From assembly GCA_963668695.2 (NCBI GenBank), contig CAXXLQ010000004.1, positions 3,849,788-3,913,787 of the forward strand: DNA of 64,000 nucleotides, written 5' to 3'. The translations under genes and the position numbers were made by a program. Under the pieces are notes generated by a model that was given only the letters and a program-made list of their open reading frames with translations, was not told the origin of the DNA and made no database searches. Numbering within the stretch: the first letter of the stretch is position 1; every line of letters starts with the position of its first letter. Positions 20,220 to 31,620 of this stretch are shown here, piece after piece. Source of the DNA: Vicinamibacteria bacterium. Its GTDB lineage: Bacteria > Acidobacteriota > Vicinamibacteria > Marinacidobacterales > Marinacidobacteraceae.

Positions 20220-20928
20220 TTAGTAGCCTGTGGATAGAGTGGCGTGAGCACCGAGACCGGCGAGGCCCAGTTCTCCCGGTGGGGCCAGTTCTCCCGGTGG
20301 GGGCCCGGCTGACAAGGCGCGCGAGGGAGGAGCCCCCACCGGGAGAACTGGCCCGAGGGTATTCCGACCGAAGCGTAACGATGAGCAAAGCGAAGCGGAG
20401 TGGTTCAGCCGGGATGCATCGCCGGTCGCTTCCGGAGCGGGGCGCAAGCACCGCGGAGACCCCGGAGCGAGAGGGATGGGGGACGGGGACACCCGGCTCC
20501 GATCCCTCTTGGCTCGGGCTTCCGGAGCGGGGCGCGAGCACCGCGGAGACCCCGGAGCGGAAGGGACGGGGGGCGGGGTCACCCGACCACCATCCCTCTT
20601 GGCTCGGGCTTCCGGAGCGGGGCGCGAGCACCGCGGAGACCCCGGAGCGGAAGGGACGGGGGGCGGGGTCACCCGACCACCATCCCTTCTGGCTCGGGCT
20701 TCCGGAGCGGGGCGCGAGCACCGCGGAGACCCCGGAGCGGAAGGGATGGGGGACGGGGACACCCGGCCCCCATCTCTCTTGGCTCGGGCTTCCGGAGCGG
20801 GGCTCGGGCTTCCGGAGCGGGGCGCAAGCACCGCGGAGACCCCGGAGCGAGAGGGACGGGGGACGGGTCCACCCGGCCCCCATCCCTCTTGACTCGGGAA
20901 TGCCGCGTGACTTTGTCCACAGGCGGCT
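20220..20928. mobile_element. MITE copy expanded by an internal 90-bp tandem array
   Basis: MITE left part 20220-20428 and right part ~20899-20928 match the reverse complement of 42635-42840; three 19-nt inserts. Confidence 0.8.
20429..20898. repeat. Five ~90-bp tandem repeats with hairpin-forming variable halves
   Basis: cttccggagcggggcgc starts at 20429, 20519, 20609, 20699 and 20809, plus a 20-bp partial at 20789. Confidence 0.9.
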
Positions 20929-21064
20929 CACGCCCTCATGGTGTCAGAAGGCGGCAGTATCACCAGCGCCGCAACCTCTTGAACGCGAATTCAGAAGATC
21001 CCCGCAATTCCTTGAATTCGAGGTCAATTCCGAACCGGAGCGCCGGCGCCTCGTTGCCGGGGAT

Positions 21065-21763
21065 ATGCGCGTTCGTCTCCGACCCCTTCTCCTCTCCGGC
21101 GCTCTCCTCACCGCGTCGAACTCCGCCGCCTCGAACTCCGCCGCGGTTTCTCCCGGCCTCCTCCTTCCGCAGATCGAGTTGCCGGCGGTCGCTCGGACGG
21201 AGCCGCTCCAGGTGCGGTTCTATGACCCCTATCACCTGCTTTCCCGCGAGACCCGCGAACGGCTCCAGGAGGAGGTGGTCCTCGCTTTCGAGGCGAGCGA
21301 AATCGGACTCCGTTTCGTCGGCCGCGGAGGCCCGGGGGTGATTCCCGCAACCCTCTATCCCGAGCTCCCGGACCGCTGGGACGTTGCCCCCGAGGCGATC
21401 GGAGTAGCGATCGGGGTGCAGGGGGAACGCCGGTCGATATTCCTGTCGCTCGGGGCCGCCGAGCGGGCGCTCGGTTTGCCCCTTGCCCGGCGCACCGAGT
21501 GGAACGGAAAGGGGAAGCGGGCAAAACGCCACCTGGCGGGCTCGCAGCCCCGCCGCCTCGGAATCGCCCTCGGCCGCGTCCTTGCCCACGAACTCACCCA
21601 CACGATCGCCCCCGAATGCCCCCACACGAAGAGCGGTCTGATGGCAAAGCGGCTGAGCCGCAGAATGCTTACCGCTCCCGGAGTCCGGTTCGACGCCCAG
21701 GCGACCCGTCACCTGCAGCAAAGGGTGGCGAATCTCCGCGCGAACGCTCCGGAGTCAGGCTGA
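21065..21763 (+). CDS. Putative secreted zinc metallopeptidase-like protein
   Basis: LGRVLAHELTH..PH..GLM (HExxH, third His and Met); N-terminal signal-like segment. Confidence 0.7.
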   Translation: MRVRLRPLLLSGALLTASNSAASNSAAVSPGLLLPQIELPAVARTEPLQVRFYDPYHLLSRETRERLQEEVVLAFEASEIGLRFVGRGGPGVIPATLYPELPDRWDVAPEAIGVAIGVQGERRSIFLSLGAAERALGLPLARRTEWNGKGKRAKRHLAGSQPRRLGIALGRVLAHELTHTIAPECPHTKSGLMAKRLSRRMLTAPGVRFDAQATRHLQQRVANLRANAPESG

Positions 21764-21867
21764 TCCGGCTCCCGGAGAGGCCCGGGCCCGGCCCCCGGAG
21801 AAACCCGGACCCGGCCCCCCGTCGAATATGGAGAGGAGCGCCCGCCGGACCCGGTTAGAGTTTGCCT

Positions 21868-23073
21868 ATGCGGCGTCAGAGTCCGCACCGGCAGCGGATC
21901 CTCGTGCTCGCCGGCCTGGTGGCCGGCGCCCTCGGGGTCGCCCTGTTCCAGGGCGCGCTCACCATGCCGGAACGGGTGGAAGCGCTCTACACCACCGGTA
22001 TCTATCCGCTGGTCGTCCGCGGGTTCTCCTTCCTCAGCGGCCTCGTTCCCTTCTCGCTGGCCGAACTGCTGATCGCGGCCGCCGCCTTGTTCGTGATCGC
22101 GCGCCTCACCTGGCGCCTCACCTCGCGCCTCACCTGGCGGTTGACCGGCCGCTTCCGACAAAACGCCGCGACCGGGGAATCGCCGCCGGCGCAAACCACC
22201 ACTCTCCGCCGGCTGGCGCACACCGCGATCTTCGCGCTCGCCGGAGCCGGCGCCCTCTACGCCGTCTTCGTCGCGGTGTGGGGGCTGAACTACGCGCGGC
22301 CCCGCCTCGAACACCGTCTGGGTCTCCCGATCGGCCAGATCGAGGAGCCGGAGCTCGTCCGCCTGGCCACCCGCGTCGCGGCCGACACCACCCGCCTCCA
22401 CCGGCTCGCCGGCCTCCCGCTCCACGCGGTGTCGACGAATCCCCTCGACTTCGGCACCCTCAGCACCGCCATTGACGAGGCGTACGACGCCCTGCAGCTC
22501 CCGGGCGACCCCGGTCCGCGGAGGCTCAGCCCGGTCAAGCCGGCCGTCTTTTCGGGACTCCTGTCCCGCCTCGGCATCAGCGGCATCTTCGTCCCCTTCA
22601 CCGGCGAGCCCACCGTGAACACCGGCCCCCCGGACGTCGCCGTTGCGTTCACGGCCGCGCACGAGAAGGCGCACCAGCGGGCCATCACTCATGAGGGCGA
22701 AGCGAGTTTCGCCGCGTATCTGGCGCTGTCCCGGCAGCGGCGGCAGCCTTACCTTTCCTACGCCGCTTCCTTCTTCGCCGCCAGGCATCTGCTCGCAGCC
22801 GTCAGACATGCCGGCACGGAGGACCGGGACCGCGCCTGGGCCGCCTTCGGACCCGGGCCACGGCGCGATCTGGACGCTCTCAACGCTTTCTGGGCCCAGC
22901 ACCGGGGCATGGTTCGCGGCGCCGCCCAGCGGGTGAACGATTCCTACCTGCGCACCATGCGGATCCCCGACGGCGCCCGCAGTTACGGCACGGTGGTGCG
23001 CCTGCTGATCGCCGACCTGCGGCGGCGGCCGGCGCCTCCGGTCGGGATCACGACCGACGACAGCGAGGGCTGA
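21868..23073 (+). CDS. DUF3810-family membrane protein (HExxH)
   Basis: PFSLAE, WGLNY-R, GISGIFVPFTGE and HEKAHQ..EGEA motifs. Confidence 0.85.
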   Translation: MRRQSPHRQRILVLAGLVAGALGVALFQGALTMPERVEALYTTGIYPLVVRGFSFLSGLVPFSLAELLIAAAALFVIARLTWRLTSRLTWRLTGRFRQNAATGESPPAQTTTLRRLAHTAIFALAGAGALYAVFVAVWGLNYARPRLEHRLGLPIGQIEEPELVRLATRVAADTTRLHRLAGLPLHAVSTNPLDFGTLSTAIDEAYDALQLPGDPGPRRLSPVKPAVFSGLLSRLGISGIFVPFTGEPTVNTGPPDVAVAFTAAHEKAHQRAITHEGEASFAAYLALSRQRRQPYLSYAASFFAARHLLAAVRHAGTEDRDRAWAAFGPGPRRDLDALNAFWAQHRGMVRGAAQRVNDSYLRTMRIPDGARSYGTVVRLLIADLRRRPAPPVGITTDDSEG

Positions 23074-23089
23074 GGGCCGAAACCCCCAT

Positions 23090-23170
23090 CCGCGGGGGAT
23101 TGGCCCGCGGGGGATTGGTCCGCGGGGGATTGGTCCGCGGGGGATTGGTCCGCGGGGGATTGGCCCGCGG
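23090..23170. repeat. 15-bp tandem repeat (CCGCGGGGGATTGGY) x5 between convergent genes
   Basis: Copies at 23090, 23105, 23120, 23135 and 23150. Confidence 0.9.
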
Positions 23171-23180
23171 ACTCCCGCCC

Positions 23181-24698
23181 TCAGTCGGCTGCGCCCACGG
23201 CTTCGTCCACCTCGGACTCGCCGGGGAACCGCAGCGCGGTTTCGAAAAGCGTCCGCACGCCGAAGCCGGTGGCGCCCTTCGGGTAGTACTTCCACGGCTT
23301 TTCCACGATGAAGGGCCCGGCGATGTCGAGGTGGGCCCACTTGGCGCCTTCCGGAACGAACTCCTGGAGGAAGAGGGCGGCGGTGATCGCGCCCGCGTTG
23401 ATGCCGCCGATGTTCTTGAGGTCCGCTGAGTCGCAGCGGAGTTCCTCGGCGTATTCCTTGACCAGCGGCAGCTCCCAGAACAACTCGCCGTGCGGCTCGC
23501 CCGCCTCGATCACGGCGCGCACCCACTCGGCGTCGTTCCCCATGACTCCGGCGACCCCGGTGCCGAGCGCGCGCACGGCGGCTCCGGTCAGGGTCGCGAC
23601 GTCCACGATGTGCGTTGCGCCCTCCTCGCCGGCACGGGCCAGCCCATCGGTGAGCACGAGGCGGCCCTCGGCGTCGGTGTTGTCCACCATCACGGACTTG
23701 CCGTTGCGGGCGCGGAAGATGTCTCCCGGCCGCGTAGCCGACGGTCCCGGATAGTTCTCGGCGGCCGCCACGATTCCGGTGACCGTCACCGGCACGCCCT
23801 CCCGGGCCACGGCCGACATGGCGGCGAGCACCGCGGCAGCCCCGGACATGTCGCCCTTCATGGTCCACATCCCGGAGGGCGGTTTGAGCGATATGCCGCC
23901 GGTGTCGAAGGTGATGCCCTTGCCCACGAGAGCGAGGTGGTTCCCGTTCTTCGGGGCGTCCGGCGGGCGGTGCCGGAGCACGATGAGGCACGGAGGCCGG
24001 TGGCTCCCCTGCCCGACGGAGATCAGCCCGGGATACCCCTCCTCCTGGAGCGCCTTCTCGTTCCAGACCTGGACCTCGAGTCCGGTTTCGGCCGCGATCC
24101 GATGGGCCTCGCGGGCCAGGGTTTCCGGAGTGACGGCTTCCGCCGGCTCGTTGATGAGATCCCGGGCGCGGTTCACTTCGGAAGCGAGCCGCACGGAGCG
24201 GGCGACCCCCTCCCGGGCCTCTTCGAGGGCTTCCTCGGCGACCACGATCCGCACCCTCGGAGATGCCGGGTCGCCGGGATCCTTGAGGTACCGCGCGAAG
24301 CGGTACGCGCCGAGGGTGGCGCCTTCCGCCACCGCTCCCGCGAAGGCGAGACCATCACGGCCCTGGAGCGAGAAGACCACTTCCCCGTGATGGAAGTCGC
24401 GGGCGTGCCGGAGGGCGCGCGCCGCCAGAATGCGAACTCCGTCGGACACCGGATAGTTGCTGGTGGCCCGGGTGTGGAGCGCCAGAGTCGAGGCGCTCCG
24501 CGGCCCGCCATGCCCCGCCACCGCTCTTTTGACCTTCGGGTCCCCGAAGATCCTCGCGGCGTTCGTCAGGAAATCGTTTTCCCATCCCGCCTTCGGGGCG
24601 GCGAAGTCGTGGACGTCATCAAGGAGATACGCGACCAGCGAACCTCCCCGGGCGGAGGCGTCCGCCGAAACCTGAACCTGCGGTGTCTCAGTCCTCAT
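23181..24698 (-). CDS. pepA: Leucyl aminopeptidase (M17)
   Basis: [26 protein letters not shown] and HLDIAG motifs. Confidence 0.95.
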   Translation of the reverse strand: MRTETPQVQVSADASARGGSLVAYLLDDVHDFAAPKAGWENDFLTNAARIFGDPKVKRAVAGHGGPRSASTLALHTRATSNYPVSDGVRILAARALRHARDFHHGEVVFSLQGRDGLAFAGAVAEGATLGAYRFARYLKDPGDPASPRVRIVVAEEALEEAREGVARSVRLASEVNRARDLINEPAEAVTPETLAREAHRIAAETGLEVQVWNEKALQEEGYPGLISVGQGSHRPPCLIVLRHRPPDAPKNGNHLALVGKGITFDTGGISLKPPSGMWTMKGDMSGAAAVLAAMSAVAREGVPVTVTGIVAAAENYPGPSATRPGDIFRARNGKSVMVDNTDAEGRLVLTDGLARAGEEGATHIVDVATLTGAAVRALGTGVAGVMGNDAEWVRAVIEAGEPHGELFWELPLVKEYAEELRCDSADLKNIGGINAGAITAALFLQEFVPEGAKWAHLDIAGPFIVEKPWKYYPKGATGFGVRTLFETALRFPGESEVDEAVGAAD

Positions 24699-26652
24699 CG
24701 CCGTACTCCTCCCTGAGCTTCTGCACCACCGCCGGATCGGCCAGCGTGGTGGTATCGCCGATCGCCTTGCCCGCCGCGATGTCCCGGAGCAGGCGCCGCA
24801 TGATCTTTCCGGACCGCGTCTTGGGCACGTCCGCCGCCAACACGATGTCGTCGGGGCGGGCGATGGGTCCGATCGCCTGGACGACGTGCGCCTTCAGTTC
24901 GGCGATGAGGCCGTCATGCGCCGTGGCGCTCTCCCGGAGGACGACGAAGGCGGCGATCCCCTCTCCCTTGATCTCGTGCGGACGACCGACCACCGCCGCT
25001 TCCGCGACGGCCTCGTGTTCCACCAGGGCGCTCTCGATTTCCGCGGCCCCCAGACGGTGGCCGGAGACGTTCAGCACGTCGTCCACCCGGCCCATGAACC
25101 AGTAGTAGCCGTCCTCGTCGCGCCGGGCGCCATCCGCCGCGAAGTAGATGTCCTTCCACTGGCTCCAGTAGGTCTCCCGGAAACGTTCCTCGTCGCCCCA
25201 GATGCCGCGCAGCATGGAGGGCCAGGGCCGGGTGATGGCGAGCAGCCCGCCGCCGACCTCGACCCGCTCTCCCCGGCGGTCCAGGATGTCGAGGGAGATC
25301 CCCGGAAAGGCGCGGGTCGCGGATCCAGGCTTCAGAGTGGTCACCCCGGGGAGCGGGGTCGCCATGATGGCTCCCGTTTCGGTCTGCCACCAGGTGTCCA
25401 CCACCGGGCAGCGCCCGCCCCCGATCTCCCGGTGGTACCAGACCCAGGCCTCGGGGTTGATGGGCTCTCCCACCGTTCCCAGGAGGCGCAGCGAGGTCAG
25501 GTCACGGGAGGCCGGATGTTCGGCTCCCCACTTCATGAAGGCGCGGATGGCCGTCGGCGCGGTGTAGAGGCAGCTCACCCCATAGCGCTCCACGATGGAC
25601 CAGATCCGGGCGCGGTTCGGAAAGTCGGGCGCACCCTCGTACATGACCTGGGTGACCCCGAGCGCGAGCGGGCCATAGACGATGTAGGAGTGGCCGGTCA
25701 CCCAGCCGATGTCCGCCGCCGCCCACCAGACGTCGGAGTCCTTCAGGTCGAAGACGGCGCGCGCGGTGGCGGTGACCGAAGTGAGGTAGCCGCCGGTGGT
25801 GTGCACGATCCCCTTGGGCTTCCCGGTGGTGCCCGAGGTATAGAGGATGTAGAGGATGTCCTCGGCGTCCATTTCCTCGGGCTCGGCCGTGTCGGGAACG
25901 CCCTCCACGAGATCCGCCCAGTCGTGGTCCCGGCCGGCCCGCATCCCGACCTGCTGGCCGGTGCGGCGCACCATCACCACCCCGGTGATGGACGGCGTAT
26001 CCTCGAGAGCCTCGTCGGCAATGTCCTTCAGCGGCACGATCCCGCCGCGCCGGTAGCCGCCGTCGGCGGTGATCAGCACCTTTGCCTCGGCGTCGTTGAT
26101 CCGGTCGCGGAGCGACTGCGCGGAAAAGCCGGCGAAGACCACGCTGTGGGGCGCCCCGATCCGGGCGCAGGCGAGCATCGCGACCGGAAGCTCCGGGATC
26201 ATCGGCAGGTAGATCGCCACCCGGTCGCCCTTTTGGACCCCGAGGCCGCGCAGAACGTTGGTGAAGCGGCAGACCTCCCGGTGGAGGTCGGCGTAGGTCA
26301 GGGTCTTCCGGTCCCCCGGCTCGCCTTCCCAGAGGATCGCCGGACGATCGCCGCGGCCGCTGGCAAGATGCCGGTCCAGGCAGTTGACGCTCGCGTTCAG
26401 CTTTCCGCCGACGAACCAGCGAGCGAAGGGCGGCTTCCAGTCGAGGACCTGGTCCCACCGGCGGGTCCAGTCGAGCCGCTCCGCCTGGGCAGCCCAAAAC
26501 GCTTCCGGATCGGCCTCCGCCTCCCGGTAGATGGACTCGTCCCGGACCCACGCCTGGTTCCGGAAGTCCTCCGGGGGCGGATAGACGCGCTGCTCATCGA
26601 GCAGCACCTCTATTTCCTGTTCTGGAACTTCCTGTTTGGGTTGCTCGGCCAT
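24688..26652 (-). CDS. acs: Acetate--CoA ligase
   Basis: [35 protein letters not shown] and [13 protein letters not shown] motifs; TACAAT 6 nt upstream of ATG 26652. Confidence 0.96.
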   Translation of the reverse strand: MAEQPKQEVPEQEIEVLLDEQRVYPPPEDFRNQAWVRDESIYREAEADPEAFWAAQAERLDWTRRWDQVLDWKPPFARWFVGGKLNASVNCLDRHLASGRGDRPAILWEGEPGDRKTLTYADLHREVCRFTNVLRGLGVQKGDRVAIYLPMIPELPVAMLACARIGAPHSVVFAGFSAQSLRDRINDAEAKVLITADGGYRRGGIVPLKDIADEALEDTPSITGVVMVRRTGQQVGMRAGRDHDWADLVEGVPDTAEPEEMDAEDILYILYTSGTTGKPKGIVHTTGGYLTSVTATARAVFDLKDSDVWWAAADIGWVTGHSYIVYGPLALGVTQVMYEGAPDFPNRARIWSIVERYGVSCLYTAPTAIRAFMKWGAEHPASRDLTSLRLLGTVGEPINPEAWVWYHREIGGGRCPVVDTWWQTETGAIMATPLPGVTTLKPGSATRAFPGISLDILDRRGERVEVGGGLLAITRPWPSMLRGIWGDEERFRETYWSQWKDIYFAADGARRDEDGYYWFMGRVDDVLNVSGHRLGAAEIESALVEHEAVAEAAVVGRPHEIKGEGIAAFVVLRESATAHDGLIAELKAHVVQAIGPIARPDDIVLAADVPKTRSGKIMRRLLRDIAAGKAIGDTTTLADPAVVQKLREEYGDED

Positions 26653-26735
26653 CGGACGATTGTAGGAGGGTTGCGGCGGGAGCGGAACGCCGGGGTTTTC
26701 CGGGGTCGCAGCGGAATTTGGCCCCTCGGGACCGC

Positions 26736-28277
26736 TTAGAAGAGCGCGCGGCGGACGCGGCGACGGGCGGAGTGGATGGGACCGAGGAGAAGGACGGCCA
26801 CCGTAACGATTTCGAGACGGCCGGCGATCATGAGGGCGGCCAACAGGAGCTTGGCCGGCTCGGGAAGGAACGCGTAGCTGGCGGCAGGTCCTACGGCGCC
26901 GAACCCCGGACCGACGTTCGTCACGGCGGCGGCGGCAGCGCTGAAGGCAGTCAGCAGATCCACCCCCATCGCCGCGATCGCCAGCGCGCCGGCGACGGTG
27001 AGGCCGATGAACAGCAGCACGACCTCGCCGATCGTCGAACTGAGCAGCAGGGAGACCGGACTCCGGCCAACGTAGACCCGCAGTTCGGTGTGAGGCTGAA
27101 TGGCCACCCGCAAAGCGAGCGGCACTTTCCGGAACAGGATCACCCAGCGGAGGATCTTGATGGAACCGGCGGTCGAGCCGGCGCAGCCGCCCGCGAACAT
27201 GAGGACAAGCAGCAGCATTCGCGAAAAGTCCGGCCACTGGTTGTAATCCACGACGGAGTAACCGGTCGTGGTGATGATCGCGACCGCCGTGAACGCCGCC
27301 TGGCGCAGGCCGTCCATGGAACCCTGCCCTATCAGATAGAGACTGAGGAACAAGAGCCCGGTGCTGACCGCCACCACCCCGATGTAGAGACGCAGTTCCG
27401 GATCCGAGAAGTAGCTGGCGGCCGGGGCCGCGGTCGCCTGCCGCCCGCGGCCGCCCCGGACCCGCCGCCAGAGCCGGGTCAAGCCGGCGACGACGCGCTT
27501 CACTTCGTAGATATGGATGGCGAAGCGCATGCCGCCGATCACCATGAAGGCGATGATGACCCACTGCACAACCGGCTCGAACGCCCCGACGCTTGCGTTC
27601 CGGGTGGAAAACCCGCCGGTCGCCAGGGTGGTGAGCGCATGGCAGATCGCGTCGAAGGCGGGCACCTCGAGGAACAGGAGCACCGCGATGAGGATCGCAG
27701 TGAGCACGGTCCCGACGATCACCGCGTCCCGCGCCGTTTCGTTGAGGTGGGGCTCGGTCTTTTCCGGGGTCGGTCCGGGCACCTCCGCGGACAGCACGTC
27801 CAACCCCCACTGGCGGCGGCCCAGCAGCCAGACGAAGATGATGATGATCCCCAGCCCGCCGAGCCACTGGGTCAGGGCTCTCCAGAGCAGTAGCGAGCGC
27901 GGAAGCGACTCCACTTCCGTGAAGATGCTGGCTCCGGTGGTCGAGAAGCCGGACGCCGATTCGAAGATGCCGTTCACCACGAAGCCGGGGCCGAACTCCG
28001 CGATGTACGGCAGGGCCCCGAACACCGTGGCCAGGCACCACGCCAGCACTACGAAGAGATAGGAGCGACCGCCGCCCTTGGAGGGCCCGGATCGTCCGAC
28101 GAGGGGGGCGAAGCGGCGGCTGAAGGCCCCGATCGCCAGCCCCAGCGCGGCGGGAGCGGCGAAGGCCAGCCAGGCCGGCTCTCCGAGGACGAGCGCGACG
28201 GCCAGGGGAATGAGCAGCGCCAACCCCAGCGCCTCGGCCATCCGCCCGAGCAGCGCGATCGTCTCCGTGCGGTTCAC
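26736..28277 (-). CDS. trkH: Trk potassium uptake membrane protein
   Basis: Four pore motifs (FSTTG, LATGGF, ITTTGY, NVGPG) plus GGCAGSTAG and GRLEI. Confidence 0.93.
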   Translation of the reverse strand: MNRTETIALLGRMAEALGLALLIPLAVALVLGEPAWLAFAAPAALGLAIGAFSRRFAPLVGRSGPSKGGGRSYLFVVLAWCLATVFGALPYIAEFGPGFVVNGIFESASGFSTTGASIFTEVESLPRSLLLWRALTQWLGGLGIIIIFVWLLGRRQWGLDVLSAEVPGPTPEKTEPHLNETARDAVIVGTVLTAILIAVLLFLEVPAFDAICHALTTLATGGFSTRNASVGAFEPVVQWVIIAFMVIGGMRFAIHIYEVKRVVAGLTRLWRRVRGGRGRQATAAPAASYFSDPELRLYIGVVAVSTGLLFLSLYLIGQGSMDGLRQAAFTAVAIITTTGYSVVDYNQWPDFSRMLLLVLMFAGGCAGSTAGSIKILRWVILFRKVPLALRVAIQPHTELRVYVGRSPVSLLLSSTIGEVVLLFIGLTVAGALAIAAMGVDLLTAFSAAAAAVTNVGPGFGAVGPAASYAFLPEPAKLLLAALMIAGRLEIVTVAVLLLGPIHSARRRVRRALF

Positions 28278-28412
28278 GGGCGCTCCGAAAGGACCGGCAT
28301 CATTCGCTGCGGCCGTTGTGGCGGCCGGCCGCGGAACGATTCTAGTACGCGAACAACACTGGCCCGCTCTCCTTTTCGTGACGGGCCGCGGCGGGAGGTC
28401 GGCCCGCAGCGC

Positions 28413-29954
28413 TCAGGAGAGCAGGTCGCGAACGCGGCGGCGGGCGGAGCCAATCGGGCCCAGGAGAAGGACCGCCACCGTGACGATTTCGAGGCGGCCG
28501 GCGATCATCAGGGCGGCCAGCAGCAGTTTCGCGGTAGCGGGAAGGAAGGCGTAGTTGGCCGCGGGTCCCACCCCACCCAGACCGGGACCAACATTCGTCG
28601 CGCTGGCCGCGGCGGCGCTGAAGGCGGTGAGCGGTTCGATTCCCATGGCGACGATCGCCAGCCCTACGGCCATGGTGACCCCGACGAACAGCAGCACGAA
28701 CTCTCCGATGGTCGAACTCACCGACCAGGAGACCGGCCGGCCGCCGAGGTGGACACGCAGCTCCGTATGCGGCTGGGTCGCCATCCGGAGCGTCAGCGGC
28801 ATCTTGCGGAGCAGGATCACCCAGCGGAGCACCTTGATGGATCCGGCCGTGGAGCCCACACACCCCCCCACGAACATGCAGAGCAGCAGCAGCGTTCGCG
28901 AAAAATCCGGCCAGCCGTCGAAGTCCGCGGTTGCGAAACCGGTCGTGGTGATGATCGAGACCGCCTGGAACGCCGCGTGCCGGAGGCCGTCCATGGACCC
29001 CTGCCCCACCTGCTGGAGGCTGAGGAACAAGAGTCCGGTGGCGACCACCACCACCCCGATATAGAGGCGCAGTTCCGGATCTCCGAAGTAGCTGGCGAGC
29101 GGCGAGGTGGGGACGTGACGCCAGCGACGCTCCCTCAGAGCCCGCCAGAGCCGGGTCAGGCGCGCCGAAAGGCGCTTCACTTCATAGATGTGGATGGCGA
29201 AGCGAACCCCGGCGAGCAGCATGAAGGCCGTGATGACCCACTGCACCGCCGGGGCAAAATCGGCGAGCCCGGCGTTTCGCGTGGAAAACCCGCCGGTCGC
29301 GAGGGTGGCCAGCGCGTGGCAGACCGCATCGAAGAGGGGCACCTCAAGGAAGAGGAGCAAACCCACGAGCGCCGCGGTCAGCACCGTTCCCACGATCACG
29401 GTGTCCCGGGCGGTCTCGCTGATCTTGGGCTCGGTTTTCTCCGCGGAGGGGCCAGGCGCCTCCGCCGACAGCACGTCCACCCCCCACTGGCGGCGGCCGA
29501 GCAGCCAGACGAACAGGATGACGATCCCGAGTCCCCCGAGCCACTGGGTGAGGGCCCGCCAGAGCAGCAGCGAGCGGGGAAGCGATTCCACGTCCGTGAA
29601 GATGCTGGCTCCCGTCGTGGAAAAACCGGAGGCCGATTCAAAGAGGGCGTCCACCGCGAAACCCGGGCCGAACAGCGCGATGTACGGCAGGGCCCCGAAC
29701 ACCGCGGCCAGACACCAGGCGAGCACCACGAAGAGATAGGCGCGCGTGCCTCCCGCGGAGGGACTGGGACTTCCGACGACGGGCGCGAAACGCCGGCTGA
29801 GGCCAGAGATCGCGAGTCCCAGCGCCGCGGGAGCCGCAAAGGCCAGCCACGCCGACTCACCGAGGGCGACCGCGACCGCCAGCGGAATGAGCAGCGCCAC
29901 TCCCAGCGTCCCCGCCAGCCGGCCCAGGAGCGCGAGGGTCTCGCCGCGGGTCAC
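28413..29954 (-). CDS. trkH: Trk potassium uptake membrane protein, second paralog
   Basis: Same length (513 aa) and same motifs as the neighbouring gene. Confidence 0.93.
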   Translation of the reverse strand: MTRGETLALLGRLAGTLGVALLIPLAVAVALGESAWLAFAAPAALGLAISGLSRRFAPVVGSPSPSAGGTRAYLFVVLAWCLAAVFGALPYIALFGPGFAVDALFESASGFSTTGASIFTDVESLPRSLLLWRALTQWLGGLGIVILFVWLLGRRQWGVDVLSAEAPGPSAEKTEPKISETARDTVIVGTVLTAALVGLLLFLEVPLFDAVCHALATLATGGFSTRNAGLADFAPAVQWVITAFMLLAGVRFAIHIYEVKRLSARLTRLWRALRERRWRHVPTSPLASYFGDPELRLYIGVVVVATGLLFLSLQQVGQGSMDGLRHAAFQAVSIITTTGFATADFDGWPDFSRTLLLLCMFVGGCVGSTAGSIKVLRWVILLRKMPLTLRMATQPHTELRVHLGGRPVSWSVSSTIGEFVLLFVGVTMAVGLAIVAMGIEPLTAFSAAAASATNVGPGLGGVGPAANYAFLPATAKLLLAALMIAGRLEIVTVAVLLLGPIGSARRRVRDLLS

Positions 29955-29976
29955 GGGCGTTGCGGGAGGACCGTCT

Positions 29977-31353
29977 TCATTCGTTCCGGCGCCCGAACAG
30001 CTCTTCGAGTTCCGAAAGCAGGGATTCCGGCTCGCCGGATCTGCCGGCGGCGTCGCGGCTCATGAAGAGGGCCACGCGATCTCCGGGAACGAACTCGGTG
30101 TCGCCGTTCGGCACGAAGGGCGCCGACCGGGCGCGAACCACCTCGCCGACGATGCAGGTGTGGGGGACCCCGAGCTTCCGGAGCGGCGCCCGGGTGGCGG
30201 GGCTCCCCTCGGCGACCTCGAATTCCACGAGCTCGCCGCCGCCCTCCACGAAATCGAGCCGGACCATCGCGCGGGTGTGCAGGAGCTTCAGGAGAGCTCC
30301 CGCGGAGATCACTCCCGGGGAAATCGGATGGTCCACCCCGAGATGCCGCATCGCCTCGTGGAGGTCGTCCCGGTTGTAGAGGGCGACGGTCCGCCGCGCG
30401 CCCGCCTTCTTCGCGAGGTGTGCCGCCATCAGGTTCACTTCGTCGGCGTCGGTGGCGGCCACGAAGAAATCCGCATCCCCGACTCCCGCTTCCTGCAGAA
30501 TGTCCTCATCCGTCGCGTCCCCGACGATCGTGTGAGCCGCCAAGGGGAACCCGGAAGTCGGATGCCGGCGGATGGCGGTGAGGTCCACATCGTCATCAAG
30601 CAGGAGTTCTCCCAGGCGCTGGCCGACCTGTCCGAGCCCTGCAATCACCACCCGCCGGGCCGGCCGCTGGCTCACCCCGATGGTCTTCAGAAAGTTCCGC
30701 GCTTCGCTGGCGGGCCCGACGGCGAAGATCTCGTCACCCTCTTGCACCCGGGTCCGGCCGCGCGGGATCTCGAGAGGCCCGCCGCCCTTGCGGAGGATCC
30801 CGGTCAGGATCCAGCCGCGAGGCGCGGTATCGATCTCCTCAAGCGGCCGGTCGAACGCCGCCGGCGGCTGCGGCGCCGCGCGCAGCAGCACGAGCACCCC
30901 TTCCCCGAAGGAACGGACGGAGCGCGCGCCCGGATAGCGGAGGATTCCGAGGATCTCCTCCGCAACCAGTTCCTCCGGAAAGATCGTCTCGATCGCCTCT
31001 CGCCGGCCCTCCTCGGCGAGCAACGGATTCTGCCGGTGTCTTTGATCGCTCAGGCGGACAACGGCGCGGTGCACGCCGATTGCCGGATCGGTTGCGGTCA
31101 GCGCCGCGAGCATGTTCGTGGCGTCATCGTTCGTGAGCGCAAACAAGGCGTCGGCGCCCGCGCAGTGCTGGGTGAGGACCGCCGGAACGCGGGCGTCACC
31201 CTCCACGATCCCGATGTCGTATTTCCGTTGCAGATGAATGCGGATCTCGGGATTCCGCTCGACCAGCGTGATGTCGTGGTGCTCGGGAAGCCGGCTCAAC
31301 TGCCGGATCAGGTGCTCGCCCATCCGGCCCGCACCCAAGACGACGAGACGCAT
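29977..31353 (-). CDS. trkA: Trk system RCK/NAD-binding subunit
   Basis: Two Rossmann motifs (VLGAGRMG, IAGLGQVG) with TrkA_C regions; upstream of trkH. Confidence 0.9.
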   Translation of the reverse strand: MRLVVLGAGRMGEHLIRQLSRLPEHHDITLVERNPEIRIHLQRKYDIGIVEGDARVPAVLTQHCAGADALFALTNDDATNMLAALTATDPAIGVHRAVVRLSDQRHRQNPLLAEEGRREAIETIFPEELVAEEILGILRYPGARSVRSFGEGVLVLLRAAPQPPAAFDRPLEEIDTAPRGWILTGILRKGGGPLEIPRGRTRVQEGDEIFAVGPASEARNFLKTIGVSQRPARRVVIAGLGQVGQRLGELLLDDDVDLTAIRRHPTSGFPLAAHTIVGDATDEDILQEAGVGDADFFVAATDADEVNLMAAHLAKKAGARRTVALYNRDDLHEAMRHLGVDHPISPGVISAGALLKLLHTRAMVRLDFVEGGGELVEFEVAEGSPATRAPLRKLGVPHTCIVGEVVRARSAPFVPNGDTEFVPGDRVALFMSRDAAGRSGEPESLLSELEELFGRRNE

Positions 31354-31355
31354 TC

Positions 31356-31620
31356 TTAACAGCCCGTGGAAAAAGCACCCCGCACGATTTCCGGAACGGT
31401 ACGTGCGGCGATTCCGGCGATTTGTGCGCGTGCGGGGCGCTTTCCCCACGGGGTGATGGCGCGAATCGCTCCGCGATCCGCACCATCGTCTTTCGTGGGG
31501 AGGGGAATCCCCTCCCCACACCCCTCCCCCGCGGCGCTGCGCGCCGCGACCCCACACCCCTCCCCCGCGGCGCTGCGCGCCGCAAATGGATCGGACCAGA
31601 GTTTCGCCACAGCCTGTTAA
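31356..31620. mobile_element. MITE-like element with related ends but a different interior
   Basis: ttaacagcccgtggaaaa ... tttcgccacagcctgttaa; internal duplication of ccccacacccctcccccgcggcgctgcgcgccgc; shares a TTAA with the next MITE. Confidence 0.55.

Noticed and set aside
20429-20898. CRISPR array (constant plus variable halves)
   Set aside because: The variable halves are homologous and nearly duplicated, the array lies inside a MITE, and there are no cas genes.
15015-21763. Giant ORFs of 1330 aa and 1462 aa
   Set aside because: They are antisense or off-frame shadows joined to real genes starting at 16737 and 21065, typical of high-GC DNA.
24688-28041. 1117-aa Acs fusion
   Set aside because: The extension is an off-frame read of trkH; the real start at 26652 has its own -10 box.
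31356-31620. Riboswitch upstream of trkA
   Set aside because: No recognisable c-di-AMP riboswitch consensus; the region is bounded by MITE-type ends.
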